A stretch of 64,000 bases of DNA from Anaerolineales bacterium (GTDB lineage: Bacteria; Chloroflexota; Anaerolineae; Anaerolineales; RBG-16-64-43), in assembly GCA_035288225.1 (NCBI GenBank), contig DATEAT010000052.1, forward strand, positions 1,560 through 65,559, written 5' to 3'. The position numbers and the translations under genes were made by a program. How positions within the stretch are numbered: the first letter of the stretch is position 1; each line of letters begins with the position of its first letter. Shown here one piece after another: positions 35,491 to 44,949 of the stretch. A model generated the notes under the pieces. That model was not told where the DNA came from, made no database searches, and saw nothing but the letters and a program-made list of their open reading frames with translations.

Positions 35491-35840
35491 ACTCCCATCC
35501 CGAGTGCCTCTTCTGCAAGATCGTGACTCGCGCCGCGCCGGCGCAGATCATCTATCACGACGAATGGGTCACCGCCTTCCGCGACATCCACCCCGCGGCC
35601 CCGGTTCACGTACTGATCGTCCCCAACCGTCACGTGACGGGGTTGAACGAGCTGGGCGAGGCGGGCGCCGACCTCGCCGCGCGGTTGCTGCTGGCTGCCG
35701 CGGATGTCGCCCGCCGGGAGGGCGTGCACGAGAGCGGGTACCGCGTGATCATCAACACCGGCGCCGACTCCGGACAAATCGTCCTCCATCTACACCTGCA
35801 TCTCATCGGCGGCCAGCACATGCGCTACCCGATCGGCTGA
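35487..35840 (+). CDS. HIT-family (histidine triad) protein
   Basis: HLHLHLIGG is the histidine triad. The ATG at 35487 overlaps the mtaB stop (ATGA). Confidence 0.85.
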   Translation: MNSHPECLFCKIVTRAAPAQIIYHDEWVTAFRDIHPAAPVHVLIVPNRHVTGLNELGEAGADLAARLLLAAADVARREGVHESGYRVIINTGADSGQIVLHLHLHLIGGQHMRYPIG

Positions 35841-35913
35841 GCCTGCCAGCCTCCCACCCCGCCCAGGCGGTATAATCGCCGGCGATCTCGCAGAAAGGAC
35901 CTTGGCCACCTGA

Positions 35914-36471
35914 ATGATCGACGTCAACGATTTGCGCAAAGGGGTTACCTTCGAGTTGGACGGGCACCTGTACAAAGTTCTCGAATACTCGCACAACAAG
36001 CCCGGCCGCGGCAATGCCACTATTCGCACCCGCGTGCGCGATCTGCGCACCGGCGGCACGATGGACCGCACCTTCCAATCCGGCGATCGCGTGCAGGACA
36101 TCCGCCTCGACCACCACATGGCCTCCTTCCTGTACGCCGACGATAACTTCCTGTACTTCATGGACAGCCAGACCTACGAGCAATCGCCCATCGCCCGGGC
36201 GGTGATCGGCGAGGGACAAGGCTTCATTAAGGAAGGGCTGGAAGTCAAGCTCACCTTCTTCAACGGCGAACACCTGGATGTCGAACTGCCGGCCTCGGTC
36301 GACCTGAAGGTGGTCCAGGCCGACGCGGGGGTGAGGGGCGATACCGCAACCGGGGCCACCAAGTTGGTGACCACCGAAACAGGCCTCAAGGTGTCGGTCC
36401 CGTTGTTCGTCAACGCCGGTGATTCGATCCGGGTGGACACTCGCAACGGGGCCTACCTGACCCGCGTGTGA
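35914..36471 (+). CDS. efp: elongation factor P
   Basis: MIDVNDLRKGVTFELDGHLYKVLEYSHNKPGRGNATIRTRVRDLRTG is the canonical EF-P N-terminus. The length is 185 aa. Confidence 0.95.
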   Translation: MIDVNDLRKGVTFELDGHLYKVLEYSHNKPGRGNATIRTRVRDLRTGGTMDRTFQSGDRVQDIRLDHHMASFLYADDNFLYFMDSQTYEQSPIARAVIGEGQGFIKEGLEVKLTFFNGEHLDVELPASVDLKVVQADAGVRGDTATGATKLVTTETGLKVSVPLFVNAGDSIRVDTRNGAYLTRV

Positions 36472-36537
36472 CTGCCGGGAACGGCCCAGGCGGACAGCTG
36501 AGGCCCACGAAGGCCGCACGAGCCAACCCTCTACGCG

Positions 36538-36879
36538 ATGCGCACCCCTGCCGGCACTGAATGCCGTTACTACTTCGAGGACTACTTCCGCGGCCGCGAG
36601 CGGCGCGAGTGCCGCCTGCTGCCGGCCGCGTCGGCTCATGAATGGCGCCCGGAATTGTGCGGCCGCTGCCCGGTGCCGCGCATTCTGCTGGCGAATGCCT
36701 GCCCGAATCTCGTGCTCGCGGCCGGCGTGCGCACGACCTGGCTGGGCCTGGGGCGCCGCATGGAAATCACCGCCCGTTGCCGCAAGAGCGGTGACGCGGT
36801 GCGCGAACCGGAAATCGGTTGCGGCCAATGTCACCTCGAATTCGAGAAGATGCGCCTGGGGCCGGACTCCCACCCATGA
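36538..36879 (+). CDS. cysteine-rich hypothetical protein (113 aa)
   Basis: It has eight Cys including CGRC and CGQC pairs. It ends in an ATGA overlap with the next gene. Confidence 0.5.
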   Translation: MRTPAGTECRYYFEDYFRGRERRECRLLPAASAHEWRPELCGRCPVPRILLANACPNLVLAAGVRTTWLGLGRRMEITARCRKSGDAVREPEIGCGQCHLEFEKMRLGPDSHP

Positions 36880-38060
36880 TCTCGACGCTGCTGTGCGACC
36901 TGGACAACACGCTGCTGGCCAACGATATGCGGCGCTTCATCAGGGCGTACCTGGCGCTGCTGGGCGAGCACTTGGCGGCCTTCGCCGAACCGGAAGGGAT
37001 GGTCGCAGCGCTCATGGCGGGTACGCAAGCCATGCTGGCCAATGAGCGCCCCGAGCAATCGCTGCGCCAGGTGTTCGACGAGGTCTTCTACCCTTCGCTG
37101 CACCTCGACCCCCAGGCCGTGCGCGGGGCCATCGAAGACTTCTACGTGCGGCACTTTCCAGAGCTGCGCCTTCAGACCCAACCCGTGGCCATGGCTCCCG
37201 AGCTGGTCCGCATGGCCTTCGAGCGCAAGTGGAAGGTGGCGGTGGTGACCAACCCGCTCTTTCCACGCACCGCCATCGAGCAACGCCTGGATTGGGCGGG
37301 CCTTTCGCCGCAGGCCAACCCCTTCGATCTGATCACCTCTTACGAGGAGTCGCACTTCGCCAAGCCGCATCCCGAGTACTTTGCTGAGGCCTTGGCCCTC
37401 CTGGGCTCGCAGCCGGAAGAAACACTGCTCGTGGGCGACGACCTGGAGATGGACATCCGCCCGGCGCAGCGCCTCGGGCTGCGCACGTTCTGGGTGACCG
37501 GTGAAACGCACCGCAGCGGCGACGGGAGGCTGAGTGCCGGCTCGCTGGCCGATTTGTATCAGGCGCTGCTCGAAGACGCGGACAAGTGCGGGCAGATCAA
37601 CCCGCCCGACCCGATGGCGCTGCCGCACGTGCTGCGGGGTCATCTGGGCGCGGTGCTCACCGCTTTTGCCGAGTTGACGGGTTGGTCCATTGGTCCGCTC
37701 GATGCCGGTTGGGGACCCACCGAGATTGCCTGCCACCTGCGCGATGTCGAACGCGAGATTACCCAGCCGCGCATCGAAATGCTCACCGGCGGCGAGAATC
37801 CGTTCCTTCCGGCGGTCGAATCCGACCTGTGGGCCGAACAGCGTAGCTATCGGGCGCAAAACGGCCCGGCCGCACTGCAGGCGTTTGTCGAGGCGCGCAA
37901 CCGGACGGTGGACCTGCTGCTCGGCCTGCCGCCGCAGGCCTGGCAGCGACCCGGGCGGCACGCCATCTTCGGCCCGACCACCTTGGCCGAGCAGGTCTCG
38001 TTTATCGCCCGCCACGATATGATGCATCTGGATCAGATGCACGCGCGGCCGGCGTATTGA
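36876..38060 (+). CDS. HAD-superfamily hydrolase fused to a C-terminal DinB-like domain
   Basis: HAD motif I is LLCDLDNTLL and motif IV is LLVGDDLEMD. The C-terminal ~170 aa (CHLRDVERE...ARHDMMHLDQ) resembles the DinB His-triad helices. Confidence 0.7.
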   Translation: MISTLLCDLDNTLLANDMRRFIRAYLALLGEHLAAFAEPEGMVAALMAGTQAMLANERPEQSLRQVFDEVFYPSLHLDPQAVRGAIEDFYVRHFPELRLQTQPVAMAPELVRMAFERKWKVAVVTNPLFPRTAIEQRLDWAGLSPQANPFDLITSYEESHFAKPHPEYFAEALALLGSQPEETLLVGDDLEMDIRPAQRLGLRTFWVTGETHRSGDGRLSAGSLADLYQALLEDADKCGQINPPDPMALPHVLRGHLGAVLTAFAELTGWSIGPLDAGWGPTEIACHLRDVEREITQPRIEMLTGGENPFLPAVESDLWAEQRSYRAQNGPAALQAFVEARNRTVDLLLGLPPQAWQRPGRHAIFGPTTLAEQVSFIARHDMMHLDQMHARPAY

Positions 38061-38096
38061 GCCGAACCCGCCGCCTGACGCCCCGCGAAGTGCCGC

Positions 38097-38124
38097 TTGC
38101 CCTGTATCAGTGCTATGCTATAAT
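38097..38124 (+). promoter_or_regulatory. promoter of the amino-acid ABC transporter operon
   Basis: It reads TTGCCC - 16 nt - (TGC)TATAAT, an extended -10, about 113 nt upstream of the ATG. Confidence 0.55.
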
Positions 38125-38236
38125 CCTTCAAACCCCATTGAACTGACCTCTGGAGGGAGGTGAGTCCTCAGCGCAATCACAGCGTCGATTCCGTATCGCC
38201 AGCGTATGCATCTGACCTTTGTGAGGGAGGAAGAGA

Positions 38237-39094
38237 ATGAAACGCCTGATCCGGATTACGACCGCGCTCCTCGCACTCAGCCTGATGGTGGCTGCCTGCC
38301 AGACCGCGGCTCCCACCGCGGCGCCTGATCTCCTGGCCGATGTCTTATCGCGTGGTATCTTGCGCGTCTCGACCGATCCCAACTATGCGCCGCAGTCATT
38401 TCTCAACGACCAGGGCCAGCTCGACGGCTTCGATGTCGATGTGGCCAAGGAAGTCGCCAAGCGCCTGGGGGTCACCGTCGAGTTTGTAACTCCCGACTGG
38501 GATACCATCACCGCCGGCCACTGGGGCGACCGCTGGGACATCTCCATCGGCTCGATGACGCCTACCGAAGAACGTGCCCAGGTCCTGTCGTTCACCGAAC
38601 CTTACTACTATTCGCCCGCACAGTTCGCCGTGCTCAACAGTTCGACCTTGGCCACGGTGCAAGAGCTCAACGGCAAATCGATCTGCGCTGCGGCCGCCAC
38701 CACCTATGAATCCTACTTGCAGAACAATGGCAGCCTGAGCCTGATTGGGGAAAGCATCATCTACCAGGTGACCGGGGCCCAGGTCGTCACCTACCCCACC
38801 GACCAGGAGTGCGCGCAGGCGTGGGCTTCTGGCCGCATGGATTTCGAGGCCTGGCTGACCAACTCCACGACCATTTTTGGCGCGCAAGAGGGCGGCATCC
38901 AGGTCAAGAAACTCGGCGACCCGGTGTACTACGAGGCGCTGGCGGTGGCTATCGACAAGTCGGCCAGCAAGGATCCCGCCTCCCTGGTGGCCAAGCTGAG
39001 CGAAATCATCACGGCCATGCGCAATGACGGCACCCTTACCGCTCTTTCGATGAAGTGGTACAAGGTCGATCTTGCCCGCAAAGTTGGACAGTGA
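38237..39094 (+). CDS. amino-acid ABC transporter substrate-binding lipoprotein (family 3 SBP)
   Basis: The signal and lipobox are LMVAACQ. LRVSTDPNYAPQSF...GFDVDVAKE is typical of polar amino-acid binding proteins. Confidence 0.85.
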   Translation: MKRLIRITTALLALSLMVAACQTAAPTAAPDLLADVLSRGILRVSTDPNYAPQSFLNDQGQLDGFDVDVAKEVAKRLGVTVEFVTPDWDTITAGHWGDRWDISIGSMTPTEERAQVLSFTEPYYYSPAQFAVLNSSTLATVQELNGKSICAAAATTYESYLQNNGSLSLIGESIIYQVTGAQVVTYPTDQECAQAWASGRMDFEAWLTNSTTIFGAQEGGIQVKKLGDPVYYEALAVAIDKSASKDPASLVAKLSEIITAMRNDGTLTALSMKWYKVDLARKVGQ

Positions 39095-39198
39095 CCCTGT
39101 CTTACCGACGAACCGCATAGCCTTTCCAGGAGCCGGGTTTACCTCCCGGCTCCTGGACCATCCCCCGCTGCTGATCGCTCCCGTGGGCCCAGCCAACA

Positions 39199-40461
39199 AT
39201 GGACAACTCAACTGATCCTGCACTTGAAGGTCAGAAGGTCGAAAAGCAGGTAGCCGAGCACGTACGAAGGCGCGCCGCGCGGTTTTCGGCCGGCAACTTC
39301 GGCTCGTGGGTCGTACTGCTCCTGGCATTGGCCGGATTGATGAGCGCCATCCGCCTCGACTTGAGCTTCATGCTCAAGTGGGTGCCGTTCATCGCCGGCT
39401 ACACCACCATCACCTCGGTGCTGGTGCCGATGGGCATCCTGTTGCTGGGCACGGCGGCCATCGGCTTTCCGGCCCGCCGCTGGATGGCCGTCGGCGCGAC
39501 CCTGCTGCTCGGCTTCACTTCCGTGTGGATGTTGGTGGGCGGCGTGGTCTTGCTCACCACGCCCAACACCATCCTGGGAGTGAATGCCGAAAGCGCAGCA
39601 GTTCTGGGCCGCGCGGATTCCGCAAGGCGATTGATCGTGGCCGGCGTGCTGATGCTGGCCGGCGCGGGTCTGGCTTACATCGCACGCGGCGAACCCAAGC
39701 GGCGGCGGCGCATCATGCTGCCGCTGCTGGTGCTGGGCGGCATAGTCTTCGTCGTCGGCCTGGGCTCGCAGTCTCTGTCGGTGAACACCTCGTTTCACCC
39801 GCTGCTCTCGGTGCCCATCCCCTTCGTTGAAGGCGTGGGCCTGACCATCGGCATCTCACTGCTTTCAATCCTATTCGCCATGGGCCTGGCGCTGGTGGGC
39901 GCGTTGGGGCGGCTCTCGCGTTTCCCTCCCTTTTACGCCCTGGCTACCTTTTACATCTCACTTATCCGCGGCACGCCGCTGGTGGTGCAGATCTTCTTCG
40001 TCTTCCTCGCGTTGCCGCAGATCGGCCAGGCTCTGCACGTCACCTGGCTGACGTGGGACCCGGTGCCCTCGGGCATCTTCGCCCTGTCGCTCAACTACGG
40101 CGCCTACATGACCGAGATCTTCCGCGCCGGGATACAGTCTATCGGCAAGGGGCAGACCGAGGCCGCCTATGCCTTGGGCATGACCGGACGCCAGACCATG
40201 CAGCGCGTGATCCTGCCCCAGGCGGTGCGGCTGATCATCCCGCCGGTCGGCAATGAGTTCATCGCCATGCTCAAGGATTCATCGCTGGTCTACATCATGG
40301 GTGTGTGGGAGGTTCTCTTCCGCGCCCAAAAGATCGGCCGGCAGTACTTCCACAGCATGGAAACCTTGTTCGTGGCGGCCGTCTTCTATTGGATGCTGAC
40401 CATGGTTTTCTCGGCCTTCCAGGAACGCCTGGAGCGGCGCATGGCGCGAGGCGAACGATGA
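39199..40461 (+). CDS. amino-acid ABC transporter permease with ~200-aa N-terminal membrane extension
   Basis: The C-terminal half has the His/Glu/Gln/Arg-type permease signature ([11 protein letters not shown]...EAAYALGM). The N-terminal half adds about five extra hydrophobic helices. Confidence 0.8.
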   Translation: MDNSTDPALEGQKVEKQVAEHVRRRAARFSAGNFGSWVVLLLALAGLMSAIRLDLSFMLKWVPFIAGYTTITSVLVPMGILLLGTAAIGFPARRWMAVGATLLLGFTSVWMLVGGVVLLTTPNTILGVNAESAAVLGRADSARRLIVAGVLMLAGAGLAYIARGEPKRRRRIMLPLLVLGGIVFVVGLGSQSLSVNTSFHPLLSVPIPFVEGVGLTIGISLLSILFAMGLALVGALGRLSRFPPFYALATFYISLIRGTPLVVQIFFVFLALPQIGQALHVTWLTWDPVPSGIFALSLNYGAYMTEIFRAGIQSIGKGQTEAAYALGMTGRQTMQRVILPQAVRLIIPPVGNEFIAMLKDSSLVYIMGVWEVLFRAQKIGRQYFHSMETLFVAAVFYWMLTMVFSAFQERLERRMARGER

Positions 40462-41216
40462 GCGAACCCGTTATTCACGTCCGCAATCTGCATAAGTTCT
40501 TCGGGCGGCTGCACGTGCTGCGCGACGTCTCGTTCGACGTGTACCCGCGCGAGGTGGTGGTGATCATCGGGCGCAGCGGATCGGGCAAATCCACCTTGCT
40601 GCGCTGCCTCAACTGCCTGGAGGAACCCTCCTCGGGCGAGATCACCGTCGACGGAATCCGCGTTTGCGCCGAGAACGGGCACGTGGCGCGCGAATTCCGG
40701 GATGCCGTGCGCGACATTCGACTGCGCACGGGAATGGTCTTTCAGGATTTCAACCTGTTCCCCCATCTGACCGCGCTCGAGAACGTGACCGAAGCCCCGA
40801 TCACGGTCAAGAACCGCCCCCGCGAACAGGCGGCGCGCGTCGGCGAGACGCTTCTCGAAAAAGTGGGGTTGCTCTCCAAGCGTGACGAGTACCCCTCCCG
40901 CCTTTCGGGCGGGCAGAAGCAGCGCGTGGCGATCGCCCGCGCACTGGCCATGGAACCCAAGGTGATGCTCTTCGACGAGCCCACCTCGGCCCTCGACCCG
41001 GAACTCATCGGCGAGGTGCTCGACGTGATGAAAAACCTGGCGAGCGAAGGCACGACCATGATCGTCGTCTCGCACGAAATGGGCTTTGCGCGCGACGTGG
41101 CGGACCGGGTGGTGTACATGGATCAGGGCGTTTTTGTGGAAGACGGGCCGCCTGAACAGATCTTCTCCAAGCCGACCGACCCGCGCACCGCGCGCTTCCT
41201 GCAGAAAGTCCACTGA
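40458..41216 (+). CDS. amino-acid ABC transporter ATP-binding protein
   Basis: Walker A is GRSGSGKST, the signature is LSGGQKQR and Walker B is [11 protein letters not shown]. The start overlaps the permease stop (ATGA). Confidence 0.9.
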   Translation: MSEPVIHVRNLHKFFGRLHVLRDVSFDVYPREVVVIIGRSGSGKSTLLRCLNCLEEPSSGEITVDGIRVCAENGHVAREFRDAVRDIRLRTGMVFQDFNLFPHLTALENVTEAPITVKNRPREQAARVGETLLEKVGLLSKRDEYPSRLSGGQKQRVAIARALAMEPKVMLFDEPTSALDPELIGEVLDVMKNLASEGTTMIVVSHEMGFARDVADRVVYMDQGVFVEDGPPEQIFSKPTDPRTARFLQKVH

Positions 41217-41230
41217 GAGCGCTGCGTGCT

Positions 41231-41267
41231 GCAAACAAAGACTCCGCCGCGAAATCTGCGGCGGAGT
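41231..41267 (-). terminator. terminator of tRNA-Leu (hairpin also closes the convergent ABC operon)
   Basis: A 10-bp stem ACTCCGCCGC-agatttc-GCGGCGGAGT is followed by CTTTGTTTGC on the minus strand. Confidence 0.6.
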
Positions 41268-41269
41268 TG

Positions 41270-41351
41270 TGCGCTGGGGGGGAGTTGAACCCCCACGCCT
41301 TGCGGCACATGGCCCTCAACCATGCCTGTCTGCCAGTTCCAGCACCAGCGC
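41270..41351 (-). tRNA. tRNA-Leu (anticodon GAG), long variable arm, CCA not encoded
   Basis: Reverse complement is GCGCTGGTGCTGGAACTGGCAGACAGGCATGGTTGAGGGCCATGTGCCGCAAGGCGTGGGGGTTCAACTCCCCCCCAGCGCA. The acceptor stem is GCGCTGG/CCAGCGC and the anticodon loop is TTGAGGG. Confidence 0.85.
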
Positions 41352-41369
41352 GCGAGGGTGTGCGTGTGA

Positions 41370-41397
41370 ATTATATCTGGGCCTCCGGGGCTGTCAA
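41370..41397 (-). promoter_or_regulatory. consensus sigma70 promoter of tRNA-Leu
   Basis: On the minus strand it reads TTGACA - 16 nt - TATAAT, ending 18 nt before the tRNA 5' end. Confidence 0.65.
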
Positions 41398-41519
41398 CCG
41401 CAGGTGACGGCCCGCGCGCAATCTGCACTGCACGTGCCGCGTCGGGTCGCGAGCCGGCGGTGTTCTCAATTGTGCTATCATCCAGGCCAACTTCTCCCAA
41501 TTTCGACGAGGTGTGCGTG

Positions 41520-42536
41520 ATGAAGATTGCACTCGACGCCATGGGCTCCGACCGCCATCCTCGCCCGGATGTGGAGGGCGGGCTGGCAGCCGCACGCGAA
41601 TACGGCGTAGAGGTTTTGCTGGTGGGCAATGAAAGCGCGCTGGGGGCGGTGCTCGACGAGTTGCGCCCCGGGGCGGCACCCGTTCGCATCGTCCATGCAC
41701 CCGACGTCTTGACCATGGAAGACAAAGGGCTGGCGCTGGCGCTCAAAGCCAAGCGCAAGGAGGCGCGTAACTCGATGGCAGTGGGCATCGATTTGGTGCG
41801 CTCGGGCGAAGCCCAGGCCTTCGTCACCGCGGGCAACACCGGTGCCGCGGCTGCGGTGGCCTACTTCCGTATGGGGACTCTGCCCGGCGTGGAGCGCCCC
41901 GCCCTGGCGCCGGTCTTCCCGACCAAGCGCGGCAGCTGCGTTGTGCTGGATATCGGCGCCAACCCGGACTGCAAACCCGAGAATCTGTTGCAGTTTGCCA
42001 TCATGGGCGTCATATACGCCGAACGCGTGCGCGGAGTGCCTCAGCCGCGAGTGGGCTTGCTCTCCAACGGCGAAGAGGCGGGCAAAGGCAACCAGCTGAT
42101 CAAGGATACCTACCCGCTGCTGGCGGCCTCCGGGCTCAATTTCGTCGGCAACCTCGAGCCCAAAGAGCTCATCGCCGGCGAGGCGGACGTGGTGGTGACC
42201 GACGGGTTCTCCGGCAACATCCTGCTCAAATCCTCCGAAGCCGTGGCGAAGCTCATCCTCGAACTCATGCGTGAACGCATTCAAGCGGCTCCGCCGTGGG
42301 TCAAACTGGGCGGGCTGCTGGTCAAACCGACCGTAAGCGGAATTCGCAAGATGCTCGATCCGACCGAGGAAGGCGCCGCGCCCCTCTTGGGCGTGGACGG
42401 GCTGGTGTTCATCGGCCATGGGCGCTCCGACGCTTACGCCATCAAGAACGCGGTGCGCGTGGCACGTCTGTCCGTCGAGGCGGGCGTGCTCGAGGCGCTG
42501 CGCCGCGGCATCGCGGCTGCGGCATCCGCCGCATGA
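41520..42536 (+). CDS. plsX: phosphate acyltransferase PlsX
   Basis: MKIALDAMGSDRHP...DGFSGNILLK matches PlsX. The start at 41520 lies inside the longer track ORF. Confidence 0.9.
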   Translation: MKIALDAMGSDRHPRPDVEGGLAAAREYGVEVLLVGNESALGAVLDELRPGAAPVRIVHAPDVLTMEDKGLALALKAKRKEARNSMAVGIDLVRSGEAQAFVTAGNTGAAAAVAYFRMGTLPGVERPALAPVFPTKRGSCVVLDIGANPDCKPENLLQFAIMGVIYAERVRGVPQPRVGLLSNGEEAGKGNQLIKDTYPLLAASGLNFVGNLEPKELIAGEADVVVTDGFSGNILLKSSEAVAKLILELMRERIQAAPPWVKLGGLLVKPTVSGIRKMLDPTEEGAAPLLGVDGLVFIGHGRSDAYAIKNAVRVARLSVEAGVLEALRRGIAAAASAA

Positions 42537-42544
42537 GGCGCGCG

Positions 42545-43807
42545 ATGTCTGATCCCTCCTCCGCTTCGCGGGTTGTCATCACCGGCCTGGGGGCCATTAC
42601 CGCCCTCGGGCTGGACGTGCCTCAACTCTGGGAAGGCCTGCTGGCCGGGCGGTCCGGCATTGGCCGCATCACGCAATTCGATGCCAGCGGCCTGCCCTGC
42701 CAGATTGCCGGTGAGATCAAAGGCTTCGACCCGAGCGTCTATATCGAACCGAAGGAAGTGAGGCGCATGGCGCGCGTCTCACAGATCGCCGTGGCCTCGG
42801 CCCACCAAGCCCTGCGCGACGCCGGAGTGGCCTGGCCGCTGGAGAACGGCGAGCGCGCCGGAATCGTTTTCGGCACGGCGGTCGGCGGGCTCGATCGCAT
42901 CGACGACGAGATACAGGTGCTGCGCACGCGCGGGTTGGCGCGCGTCAGCCCGTACGCCGCGCCCTCCGGCCTGCCCAACATGCCGACCTTCCATATCACG
43001 GAGACCATCGGCGCGCTGGGGCCCAACCTGACCATCACCACTGCCTGCGCCACCGGAACGCAAACGGTCGGCGAGGGCTTCGAGTGGATTCGCCGCGGAC
43101 GCGCCGACCTGGTTTTGGCCGGCGGCTGCGACGCCTTCGTGCGCGACTTCGCAATCGCCGGGTTCTGCGCCATGCGCGCCTTGCCCATCCACTACAACGA
43201 CTCGCCCGAGCTTGCCTCGCGGCCGTTCGACAAGGACCGCGAAGGTTTTGTCTTTTCGGAGGGCGCGGCCGCCCTCGTGCTCGAACGCCTCGACCACGCG
43301 CGGGCCCGCGGGGCGCGCATTTACGCCGAGATCGTCGGCCAGGCCTCGTCCTCCGACGCGTACCATCTCGCGATCCCACGTCCGGATGCCGCCGGCGCGG
43401 TGCGCACCATGCGCTGGGCGCTCGCGGACGCCGGTGTGCCACCCGAGGCGGTGGATTACATCAACGCCCACGGCACCTCCACCGAGGCCAACGATCAAAC
43501 CGAGACGCTGGCCATCAAGACCTTGTTCGGCGAACATGCGCGGCACCTGGCGGTCAGCTCGACCAAATCGATGATCGGCCACGCCATGGGCGCGGCGGGA
43601 GCCATCGAAGCGCTGGTCTGCGCGCTCTCCCTGCACACCGGTCACATCCATCCCACCATCAACTACACCACGCCCGACCCGCAATGCGAGCTGGATGTGG
43701 TGCCCAATCGCGCGCGGGAGGCCTCGCCGCGGGTGGTGATGTCCAACTCGTTCGGCCTGGGCGGGCAAAATGCTTGCCTCGTCCTGCGCCGCTGGGAGTC
43801 CACATGA
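42545..43807 (+). CDS. fabF: beta-ketoacyl-ACP synthase II
   Basis: The protein starts VVITGLGAITALG. The active-site context is TACATG, and the histidines are HGTST and GHAMGAAG. An alternative ATG at 42533 overlaps the plsX stop. Confidence 0.9.
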   Translation: MSDPSSASRVVITGLGAITALGLDVPQLWEGLLAGRSGIGRITQFDASGLPCQIAGEIKGFDPSVYIEPKEVRRMARVSQIAVASAHQALRDAGVAWPLENGERAGIVFGTAVGGLDRIDDEIQVLRTRGLARVSPYAAPSGLPNMPTFHITETIGALGPNLTITTACATGTQTVGEGFEWIRRGRADLVLAGGCDAFVRDFAIAGFCAMRALPIHYNDSPELASRPFDKDREGFVFSEGAAALVLERLDHARARGARIYAEIVGQASSSDAYHLAIPRPDAAGAVRTMRWALADAGVPPEAVDYINAHGTSTEANDQTETLAIKTLFGEHARHLAVSSTKSMIGHAMGAAGAIEALVCALSLHTGHIHPTINYTTPDPQCELDVVPNRAREASPRVVMSNSFGLGGQNACLVLRRWEST

Positions 43808-44487
43808 AACTGGTCACCAACGCACCCCTCATCAAACGCAATGCGCGCATTGGCGTGGTCGCTCATCTGAGCGGGCTGGCGGTGCTCATCGCCGGCATGG
43901 TGGTCACGTTTCTCATGCCCACGCGCAGCGACCTCTCGCTGCTGGCCCTCATGACCGGGTTCGTGCTGGCCAATGTGGGCATCTTCTTCACCAACCGCTG
44001 GGGTCGCCGCCCGCGGCCCGACGAGGCGCTCGACGCCGCGCTCAAGGGCCTCGACGACCAGTACCTGCTCGTCCACTATCGCCTGGGCACGCCCCATGCG
44101 CTCATCGGGCCCTCAGGGCTCGTGGCGCTGGTGCCCAAGTTCCAGGGCGGCCAGATCCGCTACGAAGGCAACAAGTGGCGCCACGCAGGCGTGACCTGGA
44201 TGCGCCGCTTCTTCGCTCAGGAATCGCTCGGCAACCCGTCCCTTGAGGCCGAGGCCGAAGTGGCCGGGCTGACCGGCAAGTTGCGCAAGATCCTGCCCGG
44301 CGAGGAGCTCCCGCCGATTAAGTCCGTCATTGTCTTCACCGCGGCCGAGGGGAAAGTGGATGCGGAGGGCTCGCCCACTCCGGCGATGCACGCCGAGAAG
44401 CTCAAGGAGTATGTGCGGCGAATGCCGCGATCGGCCACACTGCGTCCGGAGCAAGTCGCCAAGGTCCTGGCCGCGATCGGTGAGTAG
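43804..44487 (+). CDS. NERD-like domain membrane protein
   Basis: The ATG overlaps the fabF stop (ATGA). Two N-terminal TM helices are followed by YLLVHYRLGTPHALIGPSGLVALVPKF, resembling the NERD core. The family assignment is tentative. Confidence 0.55.
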   Translation: MKLVTNAPLIKRNARIGVVAHLSGLAVLIAGMVVTFLMPTRSDLSLLALMTGFVLANVGIFFTNRWGRRPRPDEALDAALKGLDDQYLLVHYRLGTPHALIGPSGLVALVPKFQGGQIRYEGNKWRHAGVTWMRRFFAQESLGNPSLEAEAEVAGLTGKLRKILPGEELPPIKSVIVFTAAEGKVDAEGSPTPAMHAEKLKEYVRRMPRSATLRPEQVAKVLAAIGE

Positions 44488-44598
44488 CCTCCGCGCCGAC
44501 GACCCATCGGACCGATACTGAAGAGGACATTGCACGCGTTTCGCATGCCCGCGCCAGCAAGTCCTGCGCATGCCATGCCGCGCACGCTCGACAGTAAG

Positions 44599-44635
44599 AC
44601 CAGCGCACCCTCTCGGGTGCGCTGGTTCGTGTATT
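44599..44635 (+). terminator. possible terminator after the fabF-NERD unit
   Basis: A perfect 12-bp stem ACCAGCGCACCC-tctc-GGGTGCGCTGGT is followed by TCGTGTATT. Confidence 0.45.
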
Positions 44636-44643
44636 GAGAGATT

Positions 44644-44674
44644 GTCATTCCGAGGGGCAGTGCCCCGAGAACTC
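44644..44674 (+). repeat. repeat module B copy
   Basis: The sequence is gtcattccgaggggcagtgccccgagaactc. Confidence 0.7.
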
Positions 44675-44770
44675 CCGGCTCCTGCGTCACGCCGTCATGA
44701 TGTCGGAGGCCGGCAACTCACGCCACGCCGCGGGCGCGCCATAGCGTGGCCCACCAAGGGGAGCCTGTGG

Positions 44771-44796
44771 GTCATTCCGAGGGGGTCGCAACCCTG
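44771..44796 (+). repeat. repeat module B copy (variant loop)
   Basis: The sequence is gtcattccgagggggtcgcaaccctg. Confidence 0.6.
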
Positions 44797-44898
44797 ACCG
44801 GCTCTCGCCTGCAGACGCGGCCTGCAACCCATCGGCCACACACCCTCTGCGTCGCGCGTGCGCGGGCCTCCGTGCGCATGCCATCCGCAACCAGGTAA

Positions 44899-44920
44899 TC
44901 GCAAGGCATGCTATGCCCTC
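44899..44920 (+). repeat. repeat module C, copy 3
   Basis: The sequence is tcgcaaggcatgctatgccctc. Confidence 0.7.
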
Positions 44921-44949
44921 TCCCCACAAGAGCCTTAGCGGTCAACGCC

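Noticed and set aside
43084-43803. N-terminal 240 aa of the 467-aa track ORF 43084..44487
   Set aside because: That part is an out-of-frame overlap of fabF with an Arg-rich translation. Only the portion from the ATG at 43804, which overlaps the fabF stop, is called.
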